Positions 1 through 12,476 of a stretch of 64,000 nt of DNA are shown piece after piece. Below the pieces are notes generated by a model. It searched no databases, was not told where the DNA came from, and worked only from the letters and a program-made list of their open reading frames with translations. A program made the translations under genes and the position numbers. Every line of letters starts with the position of its first letter. Positions within the stretch are counted from its first letter, which is position 1. Source of the stretch: Pavona decussata (Eukaryota); assembly GCA_977016875.1 (NCBI GenBank), contig CDRNST010000188.1:186001-250000 (forward strand). The letters are read 5' to 3'.

Positions 1-1466
1 AAGTAGCTCGGAATGGTCTATTCCTTTGGGTGTTTTTCCTGTATTACGCAATGCAAGGTTAAAAAGAACAATAAACTACACAGACGCTAAAAGAAGTGAT
101 TTATTAACTACATATCGATTTCTTGTTTACCACAACAAATAATTACAAACATCCAAAGGCTTCCTGACAGTTTCACCAATTTTAGATTATAAAACAGATT
201 TACGATAGACCATATTCGTATTCTCGGTATTGAACTGGATCGAGCTTGGAATGGAGGCTCTTGCGGGGGAATATATTGGAAACTATTTGCATGTGAAAAA
301 ATTTCCCCGCATAAGCCTCGTGTGCAAGCTAGTTTCAGTTCAATACCGAGAATACGAATACGGTCTATTGTGCTTTGTTCGCATAAAACGGTTAGCAATA
401 ATTATTTACTGAACCGGAGGTGGAGCAGTGAAACGACAAGGTAAATATCTAACTCTATTCAGCGGCATATACCAACAATGGATAACCAGCCTCAGTCACC
501 TTATTTCTTATGAATTGGTAAAAAGCCTCACGTGCAAAATGCAGGTCAATGTCGGGAGGTGAATAATTGTTAACTATACGGAGTTTGAAGACCTAATAAG
601 AGCGTGCGAAATTTACTGTCCACTGGTTTGCTAGGTATGTTCTGAATATTACATAAATTATTTTGCAGATTTTAAATTTCTCCATGACAATAAATTACAC
701 ATTAAATAGAATCATATGAGAATAATTTCTTTCCAGTTCTTTTCTCAACAAAAACCCTTATATCGTCGCAAGCAGACATTTTCTTATTACCTTATTGCAC
801 CTAATAAAACTAAAGTAACAACTGTAAAACTGAAGGAAAACTCCTCGCAACACTCGGGACAGGAGGAGGACTTTCAAATCAGTTTATGTCACTTTCTAAC
901 CAGACAACCGCAACGTGAATTTCACTAGATTCTAGAACTTAAAGTTACACTTTTCATGAACATTCTTGGCATAAAACGTTTTCGCTCCCGAAATGTTTTA
1001 AAGAGTTTTCAGAAACGCACTTAACGTTTAATAATCATGGTTGTGTGTGTGTTGTATGTTGTTTTTAGACCAGTTTGGAGATTTTTCACTATCAAGCCGC
1101 TTATTCTGATCAGTGGCATCTGACACACAGAGGGACATCGTCAGCTTCGTCCCCAGTCATCCATGGCACGCGGTCAAATGTGACGTCACCTGTTAAAAGC
1201 GCCTTGAGGCCTGGGAATGAGGCTGGGGCATCTCATCTGCAACATGCATGCAGCACGTCTCTGCCGTTTGGTGTCTCGATGATTGAGTTGACAATTCACA
1301 CATGGTAGGAATCAGCACAAGGCTGCAAAGAAAAAGATAAAGCACAGTAAAACGCGCCGCAATATTCCCCTTCAGTAAAATTGTTCTCATCTTTTCTCGT
1401 CATCTCTATGCTGGTTTTGCACTGAGCCAGTCAAAGGAAGACCATTTGTAAGCGTTTATTGGCCAG

Positions 1467-2642
1467 TTACTCTGCATTTCAAGCTGTCTTTATAACAAGC
1501 GATCTAGCAACGACAACAAAAATTAAGATGATCGATCTCTTGCAGCAGAAAAGATGGAGCATACCTGTAAAATCCTCCGGTATTCTTGGAGAACTAAATA
1601 TAAAAAAGAAACGAAAAAATGGTTAGTGGGAAGAATTATGAAATAGTGCAGAAAACTGAAGCCTATAACTCGTTTATCGCCTTGTGTTAAGGCTTATTAC
1701 ATGGTGTACCTACACTTACGCTGGCGTTTAAATACCTCACAAGTGGGCAACGAGCGCGCGGTTTTTGGACGACTGGAGCAAGCGAGCGAGAAGAAAAGTC
1801 ATACAAGGCGTGTGAGGCTGACGGGTGAGAATCTAAGATTTCGGTGCTTTGGGTTTCGCGACATCTGACGGCTATCTTTGTTTCTCACTCTCACTTTCTC
1901 AGAGCTTTATTTTTTCTTTTTTTACAAATACAGAGCAAAAGGATCCATTATATAACTTAGGCTCTACTTCTCACCTTACAACTTTTTTCACCTGTTCAGA
2001 TTTATCTTCGGTTTCTTGCATTTTTCCGTTGAGCATAGCTTGGAAAGAAATCAAATAATGAAAATAATCACAAGAAAAGAGCATTGTTTTCGGCTAAAAA
2101 AAATTGCTTGCTGAATTATCAAAATAAAATACAATTGGAAACGTTCCTTTCCTTCCCCAAAATTATCTTTATAAAAATAAAATCTACTTTGGAGTTGGTA
2201 TAAGTAACCAAGAAAGTTCGCTAACCGAAATAAAATTGCAATTTCTTTTTAAAACTAATCTTCACTTTTAAACACAAACAACAAGAGAACACTGATCTGC
2301 GTCCACCTCTAACGCGATATCTGGTCTGCAGTCAAACCAGACGTCATCAATTTAAGCCAGAAGCATATCAGGTGATGCGCGTCTAGTTTAGATGACTGAA
2401 CATTGATTTACTCACCTCCAATCTTGAGTGAATTCCAATACTTGCTGTGCTCCCCGATAACATTACTTATTGTCTCAAAGCAGCTATAAAAAGAAACGAC
2501 TGTTAAAGTTAAATATTTTATTTTATTTTATCAGCTTCGTCAACTTAATGTAGGTTACATAAACAAAACAAAAAATGTAAATGATACAATACAGGCAGGG
2601 ACTCCGCAATTACTGCGGGCACGGGTACAATGTCTTTTTTTT

Positions 2643-2708
<66 letters not shown>

Positions 2709-5700
2709 CCTTTAGCTGTAGTTTGCCACAATTATATTATGATTTTCCTTTGTTAAATTCACAACAGCGTTCGAATACAGCCATGTCGAATCATGCCGCT
2801 TGTAATAACTTATGTATAAACTTTAGGAGATAAAAAACAGAATCAAAGACGCCATGTTACCTATCACAAGGTGTCATAGAGCCATCCAGACGAGGGCACG
2901 AATCGCCAAGAAGAGAAGAAGTACAAGCGCACATGGATTCCTCCACAGAACTGAGATTATACCCTCCCTACAACGAACAAAGGAACAGAAATATGTAAGG
3001 TGTACACCGTTCAGTTTTCCATTTTCCAGTGTAGTGGGTAATCTTGATTGTTGAGTTTTTAATTCATACTATTTTTGTTAACAAGGAAAACGGATTCTGA
3101 AAAAGTAAAAAAAGGGGTGGGGGGGTGGGGGTGGGGTTGGAGGGGAGAGGGAGTGAAGTATTCCGCCCCAACCCCCTCCCCACCCTGAGAGAGATGATTA
3201 AATATCTCTCCCACTTTCCGTTGTCTCCCATTGCCAGAAACTTACCCACTGAACTCGATTAAACAACGATTACTACAGTTCTTCTTGGACTTTTTTAAAG
3301 CTGCATTCATTGTTACCTCAAGAACAATAACTACTTTGCCATTTGCTAAATTCATAAGTAGTCTTGTCAGATGGTGAAATCCCTCTGGTGTCACATCACA
3401 AAGTCCCTAAAATAGAAAACGTTTCAAAAATATGAAAAAAAAAACCTTCCTACCGTGTGAACTTTGGATGTGATGCTGTTTATAAGGAATAGTGCTTAAC
3501 GCGTTGGATTTTCGAGCTGGCGGTCAGTAGCTTGAACCAAGAGGTTTTCTACAAGGACGATGCCTCCTTCCCGGCAAAGTACTTATGCGCATGACTGTGC
3601 GGGAAATGCAGGGGGCAAGGGATATTGAAATTCAAAAAGAAAATTGGGCTAAAACAATAATTGTAAAAAGCTTTAAATTTAAAACAATGTATGCACACTT
3701 TGGCAAATGCGTGGTTACCCCAATTATCGTTTTGGATTTCAACAACACTTGCTAAGGTCTCCTTTTTCCGCATAGTCATACACCGTCCTTAAGTAAGAAA
3801 CTTTGCTTCACGTTGTATCTCTTCACTGAGGTGTATAAATCAGATAGATAGATACCAGAGAACTGTTAAGAAGCCGTAAAAAAAGTGGGCGATCACCCAG
3901 GGACGGACTAGCATCTTTTTTTTTTTATAAGAAATATTTATAACATAGCGCGCGCGCATCCTAATCTAATTCCTATTGGCGTCATCATGGTACATTTCTC
4001 AACATACGCACGGCCGTGCGTCCATCCGATGACGTGTGCAAGTCAGGTGAAGGAAGCATGCGCGCGCTATGTTATAAAAAACTTTTTACAGAGAGACAAC
4101 ACCATAAAAAATGTATATTTATAAGAGCTTGTCGAAGTTTAATGAAACGTTAAGATAAAACCGATATGCGAAACCACTTTCACCTTTCTTTTTGTACAGA
4201 GAATTTTGTAATTTATCAGGAACAAAACCTGTTTTCCATGAACCATTTACTTTATTTTCACTATGTTATAAAAGAATTGGTTCATGCTTTTAGCCGTGCG
4301 TATATCGAGTTATGGATGCACTTGGGAAGTTTGGAGAGCACTCAAGAAGCTAGAGTTGCTCTCGGCTACGCCTCGAGCAACTCTTACGCTTTTCTCGTGC
4401 TCTCCAAACTTCCCGCGTGCATCCATAACTCGATATACGCACGCTAAGCATGAACCAATTAGATTAGGATGCACGCGCGCTATGTTATAGTATAACATAG
4501 CGCGCGCATCCTAGTCTAATTCGTATTGGCGTCACCATGGTACATTTCTCAACATACGCACGGCCGTGCGTCCATCCGATGACGTGTGCAAGTCAGGTGA
4601 AGGAAGCATGCGCGCGCTATGTTATAAAAAAGAATTGATTCATGCTTTTAGCTGTGCGTATGGACTTGGAAAGTTTGGGAGCACTCAAGAAGCTAGAGTT
4701 GCTCTCGGCTACGCCTCGAGCAACTCTTACGCTTCTCTCGTGCTCTCCAAACTTTCCGCGTGCATCCACAACTCGACATATGCACGCTAAGCATGAACCA
4801 TTTCTTAAGTGATTAACGCGTTGGATTTTCAAGCTGGCGGTCAGTAGCTTGAACCAAGAGGTTTTCTACAAGGACGATGCCCCCTCCCCGGCAAGGTACT
4901 TATGCGCATGGATTAAATTTAATAGGATTTTTCAATTGTTTGTTAATTTTTATGCCTTAGCTTTTTAGCACTAGGTTTAATGCGCACGGCTCTTTAGAAG
5001 ACGACTTTTTAGTGATAAGGATTCCGTNNNNNNNNNNNNNNNNNNNNNNNNNNNNNNNNNNNNNNNNNNNNNNNNNNNNNNNNNNNNNNNNNNNNNNNNN
5101 NNNNNNNNNNNNNNNNNNNNNNNNNNNNNNNNNNNNNNNNNNNNNNNNNNNNNNNNNNNNGTTTAACCTCATGCACAGAGAAAACATCGGTTCACCTTTG
5201 GGTCTCCACGAGCGGAGTCAAATCCTGCTGACACCAGAACAAGATCAGGATCAAACTGAAAAGAACACAATTGAATACAAAGAGTAAAAGTCTAAAAAAT
5301 AGTACCAGCGCCAAGAGTTTGCAGAAAAACGTTATATCAGAAATTTTTAACTAAACAAAAGGAAGATCTTACTTTTTTAAATACGTTGTTGTAATTATAG
5401 ATTTAAGATTTTAAACTGAGATTGCATGTTATGTATGATGACTGATTGTGTTTGTTTATTTCATTTGTGACATGTTAATGGTGAATAGCTTAATAATGCG
5501 AGGGCCACAAGTTTGTCAGTGACATTTGTTACTGACACCTGTCACCCTAAATAAATAAAGTCGCTATTCTATTTTATTCCATATACGGTAAAACAAGTCA
5601 GTTTAAAGCAAATTCCTAACGACCGTAGCAATCTTAAACCGGAGTAAAAAAGATTTTTAAAATGGTTTTAAATGGGGAAAGAATGTTAGCGGAAGGACTG

Positions 5701-8700
5701 AAGTAAACTTATATATTACAATTTGAAGTAACTATTTTACTGGCTGACTAATTTGGCTGAGTTAGAGGCATCTTCCCATTTCAAGTACTCACTAACAATC
5801 ATCTCGGTTAAAGAAGGATTGGCTCTATAAGAAGCAAGATCTGACTGGCTTTTCACAGCATTGGCGATAAGTGCTGAGATTGCTGTCGTTGGTGTTACTG
5901 TGCTGTTGGTCAAGTCAGTTAGCTCTTTATATCAAACCAGGTACAAATTACTTTAAGCACTCCTTTACACAGTCTTGCTACTAGACACCAATATTATACC
6001 TCATATGCAATAGGAAGAAGAACGTGATGGAACACGGCAAGATAATCAGCATCTCCCATATGTTTCTAATGAGACAAAGAAAACGGAATTAACAACAACA
6101 AAAACTGAACATAAGAGTGTAACGAAACCACCCCGTAGACCCGACCCAGGGACCGATCGGGGCTGCGGGAATTGGGGCGGGGGGGGGGGGGGGATATTCA
6201 AAACGGGCGGTGAAAAATTTGGTTAAGAAAACTCGGAAAAAAAGTGGAAACGAGAAGAAAATAATAACTTGTCATTGTATTCACCATCAGTGAAGCGCAT
6301 TGCAGACAAAAAAAATCCGAGATGAATAGAATGCACCACAGACTTCACAACACCAGTGCTCAATTATATATCCCAGTAATGAATAACAGTGCTTGAACGT
6401 GTACCAATAAATTCTCAGGTCAATGTTGCCTGATAACACAGCCTTCAAACTCTCCAGTAGATTCGTTTACAAAAGTCACAGTAGCAATCAAACTGAAAAA
6501 CTTTCCAACTGATAACTTTGCACTTCTCCAATTTCGACACCGCCTCCTATTGACCAGTCGACTACCGAAACGATTTTAAACAATTGTGAACTTGCACTTT
6601 TAGGATCTGGCTTGTGATCGTTTTATGCAAGTGTTTTCACTACGAAAGCATATTACTAATGCCAATACTGTTGAGTACATTTTTATATTGGTGATTTGTA
6701 AAACGCATTGGTGCTAACCTTGTTCCAGGGCACATTTACTGTATATCCCTTCCCAGGCCCGCAACCAACAACATCATAATTTGCACTTGTGGAAAACGGA
6801 AAAAACTGGGCGTTATCGTAGCGATGTATGGAGAAGTACAGAACACTAGAAAAAAGAGAGAAAAAATCATTAAGCACACAAAATGCAACAAAAATATGTA
6901 ACAAACCTTGGACTAAAGAATCGAGGTTGACTAAATGATCCCAAAAGAGTTTTCTATCCCAGCGGGTTTAAGACCATTTCAAGTTCTTTTTCCCAGGTTT
7001 CAAGACCTAGTTTCTAGCGCCAAGGTCTTATTCTGCGAAGCTTACTTAGAGTGAGGTGTCCAGTCATTTCATATTCGTTTTATTATACTTTATTGGTATC
7101 CTGCCAAGAACTACTACTTACAGAGTTGTGCTACGATTTGCTAGGTTATTAATTTGTCTGTACGTTTTACTACGATATGCGTGTCTAATATACGCTTGTT
7201 TTACCAAATTTGAACGAATTATCACCATTAAGGGCTCAACGGCGTTAGCGAAGACTGTGAAACGGTTACTCGAATGTGAATTCTTTTTGTTACAAAATCT
7301 TGTTGTCTTAAACGTCTCAACTAACGTGACAATTGAGGTCTGGAATAGCAAAAAGCCTAGATTTCTCACTTGTTTGCACTTTTTAATACGATATGCGTGG
7401 CTCAAATACGCAAGTGTAAACATATTTGCTATGCGTTGCTCAAATACGCTGGCGTGACCAAATTTGGAACGAAATAGCAAATTCAAAACCTCAACTGCGT
7501 TAACGAAGACTGTCAAACCGTTACTCGAATTCAGTTAGAAATCTTTTTGGCACAAAATCTTGTCTTAAACGTGTTAGCCAACGTTACGATTGAGGTCTTC
7601 AAGGGCAAAAAGTCTAGAGTTGTCAATAGTCTTTACGCTTTAATACGATATGCGTGGTACAAATACGCAAGTGTAAGCAGATTTGCTATGCGTGGCTCAA
7701 ATACGCGTGTGACCAAATTTTGAACGAATTGGCAACTTCAAGACCTCAACTGCGTTAGCAAAGACTGTCAGACCGTTACTCAGAATGGAAATATTTTTTG
7801 CACACCCTAATGTCACAAAATGTTAAGCCTGCAAGTTAATGTTCCGTAGAGTTCAAATGTTTGTTCCCGCAACTTTAACACTTATATCCCTCAGGGCCCG
7901 GTTGTTCGAAAGCCGATTAACGCTAACCCCTGATTAAAAATTAACCGAGGTTTTCATCTCGCTTATTTTAAGCTAATGATAAAGAAAAGTCAAAGTCCAA
8001 ATTAAAGGATAAAAAGCTTTCGGAAGTATCTTTATTGGTAAGTTATTAAACTAGAATTGAAGTTTATGTTAACCCAGGATTAGGTTAACCTGGCTTGGAA
8101 CAACTGGGCCCAGATGTTCATTTTCAATGTTCCGTAGAGTTCAAAGGTTTGTTCCCGCAACTTTAAAAATTATCTTTTTCAGCTGTTTATGTTCCATCCT
8201 GTGTAGCCGAAACTTTGCCTCTAGAGTCAATGTTGTAAAGTGCAGTCTAGTTAAGGAAAGCCGTAACTTTGACTTGTAACTTTGTCACTATGACTTGTTC
8301 TTTCCTTTCTTGCAGAAGCCCAAGGACGCCCACACGTCCTTCTCCTCTTGTACAGCTGGCACGTTTTTTGACTTTTGTTTAGCAGCAGGTGATTTTCCTT
8401 TCTTGGGTTTGGGCTTACTGTTTCCGTCTGTCGTTGGCGTGCTTTGTTGTGTGTGCTGTTGCTGCTCCGTCGACTTTTTGCCAGTCATTTTGTCACCTTC
8501 CTGGTTTTTGTTACTACTGGTTTGGGCAGACGACTGTTGCTTCGTCCCATCAGCCCTCTTCGTCTTGGGTGGCTGTTCGTCCTCAGAGGAATCAGAGGAC
8601 GAGGAGGAGGTGGACTGCTCATCATCGTCGTCATCTTGCTGGTCCCAGATGGACAAATGTCTGGGGACAGGCCTGCGGCGCTGGGTAATTGAATCGAAGA

Positions 8701-11700
8701 TAAAGACTTGAGTCTTCCTTGAACGCTTGGGTAGTCACGTTTCTTCGGGCTTTTTGTGCAAACTCTTCAGGATTCCGCATAAGCGTCTGAGGCACCAGCA
8801 AATGAACGCACATCATTAACAAGGGTCCCGCAGCATTGAAGCTGTCAACGATTGCTTCGTTAAGTTCGACATCCCTGTCGACTGTTCTTAACAGAGATAT
8901 CACGTCATCACACGTGGGTGGCTCTGTTGTTGGCGGACTTGTCCTTGTTATCAAGTCTGGACAAGGCGCCCCTGAGGGACTCTCACGGTTGTAACAGGTC
9001 CTGTACAAATTCTGGGACAAACATTGTGCCACTGTACTAGCGGATTAACGGGATATTTTCCCTTAAAGTCTGTGCCATTTCCGATATGGCAATGTTCGGG
9101 CGTTGTAACCATTCAAAATTAAAATTGTGCACACGGGGATAAGATTGCTTCTTCCTTCGGGTCTTGAATGGCAGCTCCATAGTTCACAAAAAACTCATCG
9201 GGAAGGATTTGTTGTAGTTTGTTTTGGGCGTTGCATAGGCTCGATTTCCAGCCGCTGTTCGGGAAACGAGCCCGCGTTCCAGCGGCGGAAATCGAGCCTA
9301 GGCGTTGCAGAGCTCGCTGAAGATGACTGCGACATCTGCAGAGAGAAAATAGGTTGAGTGGAATGTTTGAATGGTACTGTCACATTTTCAGTTTACTGCA
9401 TCGAGTGTGGACAGGCAGTTCTCGCAGACACAAAGGAAGACATGGTTGGAGGTTGAAGAAGTCACCGTTTTAGTAGGAGAGAAGATAATATGATAGGAAG
9501 TTCAGGAAGTCACGGGTTTCAGCTGAGTTACTTGCATTGGCTGCATGATTGAGAGGTCAGACTTTCTTCGTACCCGGGACAGGGCGACGTACACAAAACC
9601 AGGTGGTACCGTAGGACAATCCAGCCACACCAGGAGATGCTTCAGATTCTGTCCCTGAGATTTGCAGATCGTTCTGGCGTATGCTGGAGTGAATGGATAT
9701 CGAGTGACATCTCCCTGTCCCTCCACTGTATGAGTTACAGGATAGACAAAGGCACGCTACCCGTCTGCAAACTGAATTATGATCGTCTGCCCATGATTTG
9801 ACACAATGATGGCATCCTGGCTGTTGACTATCCTTAATGTTTTGTCCATGTTCTCTGTGATAACTATCTTCATCCCACGGTAGGGTAGGATGTCTGGCCC
9901 ACCAGCTACTGCTGCACAAGGTACGTTCGTGAGTGGCTGCTGCTCTGCAAATAGCCTCTGGGACACTATGTTGTTGATCCTTTGGGCGGCCGCTCTTGAT
10001 ACTGTCATAATGACTGTGTCGCTCGCGTGTGTTCGCAAATGCGCCATACAGCTGGTCGTCATCTAGGAATCCCGGCGGACAAAGAACAACCGACTGTTGG
10101 AAGTCATCCAACTGGTCCTGAGTGGGTTGGAGGTAGCGCAAGAGGTCCTCAAAAGCTGCATAATCTCTGTCAACTATTCTGAATTGCTGATACAGGGCAT
10201 GTTTCACTGAGTTTTGCTCTGAGAAGGTAGTGTCGTTTAAGATGGAGATAGTGCTGGACACCATGCCGTCTACAGTCTGGAGAGGCTGTTGCTGACATTT
10301 GTCGCCTGCGATGACCACGACTGGACGACAGTTCAGGCGATTGAAGGTGCCCGCCACGATGTGAAAAGATTGTGGAGAGACCAGAGACGCCTCATCAATG
10401 ACTACTTAATCAAATCTGTTCAAAGAGAAGTTGACATCCATGCTTTCGTTAGGGTCTACTGGGATGTGGAAGGCTGCGTCAGTGGAGGGTCTCACACTCC
10501 AAGTCTGATCCGAAAATGGCTCGGTAGCACTGTGCAAGAAGTGCCACTGGAACTGCAAGAAGAACGGATGCTTCGTGCTGCAGAGCATGGTGTATGGCCC
10601 TGATAACCACCTTGAATTTAATTCAAAGTAACCCTTTTCAACAGTTTGAGCCTGGTCAAATCACATTTACCGACAACAAATTCAGATTTACACTCTTGTT
10701 TGGTTAACAAATCTTTATGGCTCTTTTCTGGTTGAAAGTACAGTGGGACCCCTTCACACATTAATGGTTATTAGTCAGGGAACTACGATTTGTCTCATGC
10801 GACACGCTTACGCCATGTCTACAACACGAATCGCGTCGTGTAAATCAACCTACAAAATCCTTACGACAGACGCACACAACACGAAAAATGTCGTAGGATT
10901 TTAAAACATGTTTTAAAATCCTACGACAATCGTAGGTACAGGCAATGTTGAGTGGCGAGAGTTGTGTACGATTTTTACATGACGCAAGCAGCGCGCGCTC
11001 TAAAAATCGCATGCGACAGTCGTAAGAGAAAATCGTACCGTCTAAATCGCCCTTAATGTTTAAAGAATGAGCAGCAGTGTTTTATTGGGATTTAAAACCA
11101 CGAGGCGCAGCCGAGTGGTTTTATACCAGTGGAAAATCAGTTACTTTATGTGATTTTTAATTAGATTAGAACTCTTCAAAGTATAATCACCCAGCTGTAT
11201 CTAAGTGGGGTCCTAAGAAGGAGTGTTGTTCGTGAAAGTAAATGTATAACCAACAGTTCTTCTCAGAACTGAAATCACCTGGGCCCAGTTGCTCATAGCC
11301 CGATTAAACTAATCCTGGATTAACGTGAGCTTTGGTTCGAGTTTAATTACTAATCAATAACGATTCTTCCAAAAAAAGTTTGGCCCTCAGTTTTGACTTA
11401 GAGTTTTCTTTACCTTGAGCTTGAAATTAGCCTTTAAAACTATTTTTAACGAGCAAAATGAAAACCTTGATTAACTTTTAATCGTAGATTAGCCCTAATC
11501 GGCTTTCAAACAACCCGGCCCTGGATGATTCATTGATTAGATAAGGCCCAGTTCAGACGCCGAACTTTTCATGAGCCGAACTTAATTTACTTGAAGCAAA
11601 ACCAATCGCAATGTTAGCTTTTTTTTTTATTTTCTATTTTTTTATTTGAAATGTGTTATAATAATTAATGCATTAGGTTTGGCTCATGAAAAGTTCGGCG

Positions 11701-12443
11701 TCTGAATCAAAGCCGTTCCAATGCCGAAATTCCCGGCTGGACCAGGCGGGAAGAACGGCTGAGCCGTTCCAAATTGAAACAGCCGTTCTCAACTGATTCA
11801 GACGCCGAACTTTTCATGTACTTAATTCAAGGTACTAGGTTTGGCTCATGAAAAGTTTGGCGTCTGAACCGGGCCTTAGAATTCCTAATGACAGTTTCTG
11901 TAAGTATTCATAATAAATTTGCCATACCTTGGATCTGATTCAAAAAGATGCTGAGTTCCATTGCCATGGTGAATGTCCCAGTCCACAATTAGAACCCTGA
12001 TAATAAACCAAGTGTATAAGGCATAGAATTAAGAATTGAGGATCACTGCTTATGCCAGACATTCACTCCAACTAAAATGGCTATAATTCGATATGTGATG
12101 TTAAATCACTTATGCATGGCATAGCTTATTTATACGTAAATGAACCCAGTTGTATATTGGTAAAATTATACCGTAAATAACCACCTAGCAACGTCTTTTT
12201 GTGTGAAACAAAAGCGGAAAAGGTGTCTGCTCTTGCAGGATGATAACCACCGAACAACTGATATGGTACATCTAAATCTGAACACTCAACAGCAATCAGC
12301 AATGATCACTTCTTTTGATTAATAATAATGCACCATTATGGACTTGAGAACCGCCGACTGGTTAGCTCAGTTGATTGAGCATCGGACTACCGTGTGGGAG
12401 GTCGATGGTTCAAACCCCGGCCGGACCAACACTCGGGGTCTTT

Positions 12444-12476
<33 letters not shown>

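Noticed and set aside
7056-7516. Overlapping 132/133-aa ORFs on both strands
   Set aside because: They arise within the ~255-bp tandem repeat, and the frame is broken in neighbouring units.
8295-8711. Plus-strand hydrophobic/Cys-rich 138-aa ORF
   Set aside because: It is the antisense shadow of the low-complexity tail of Helitron ORF2.
12352-12425. Possible tRNA gene
   Set aside because: The cloverleaf is degenerate and continues into a SINE body and tail, so it is a SINE head.
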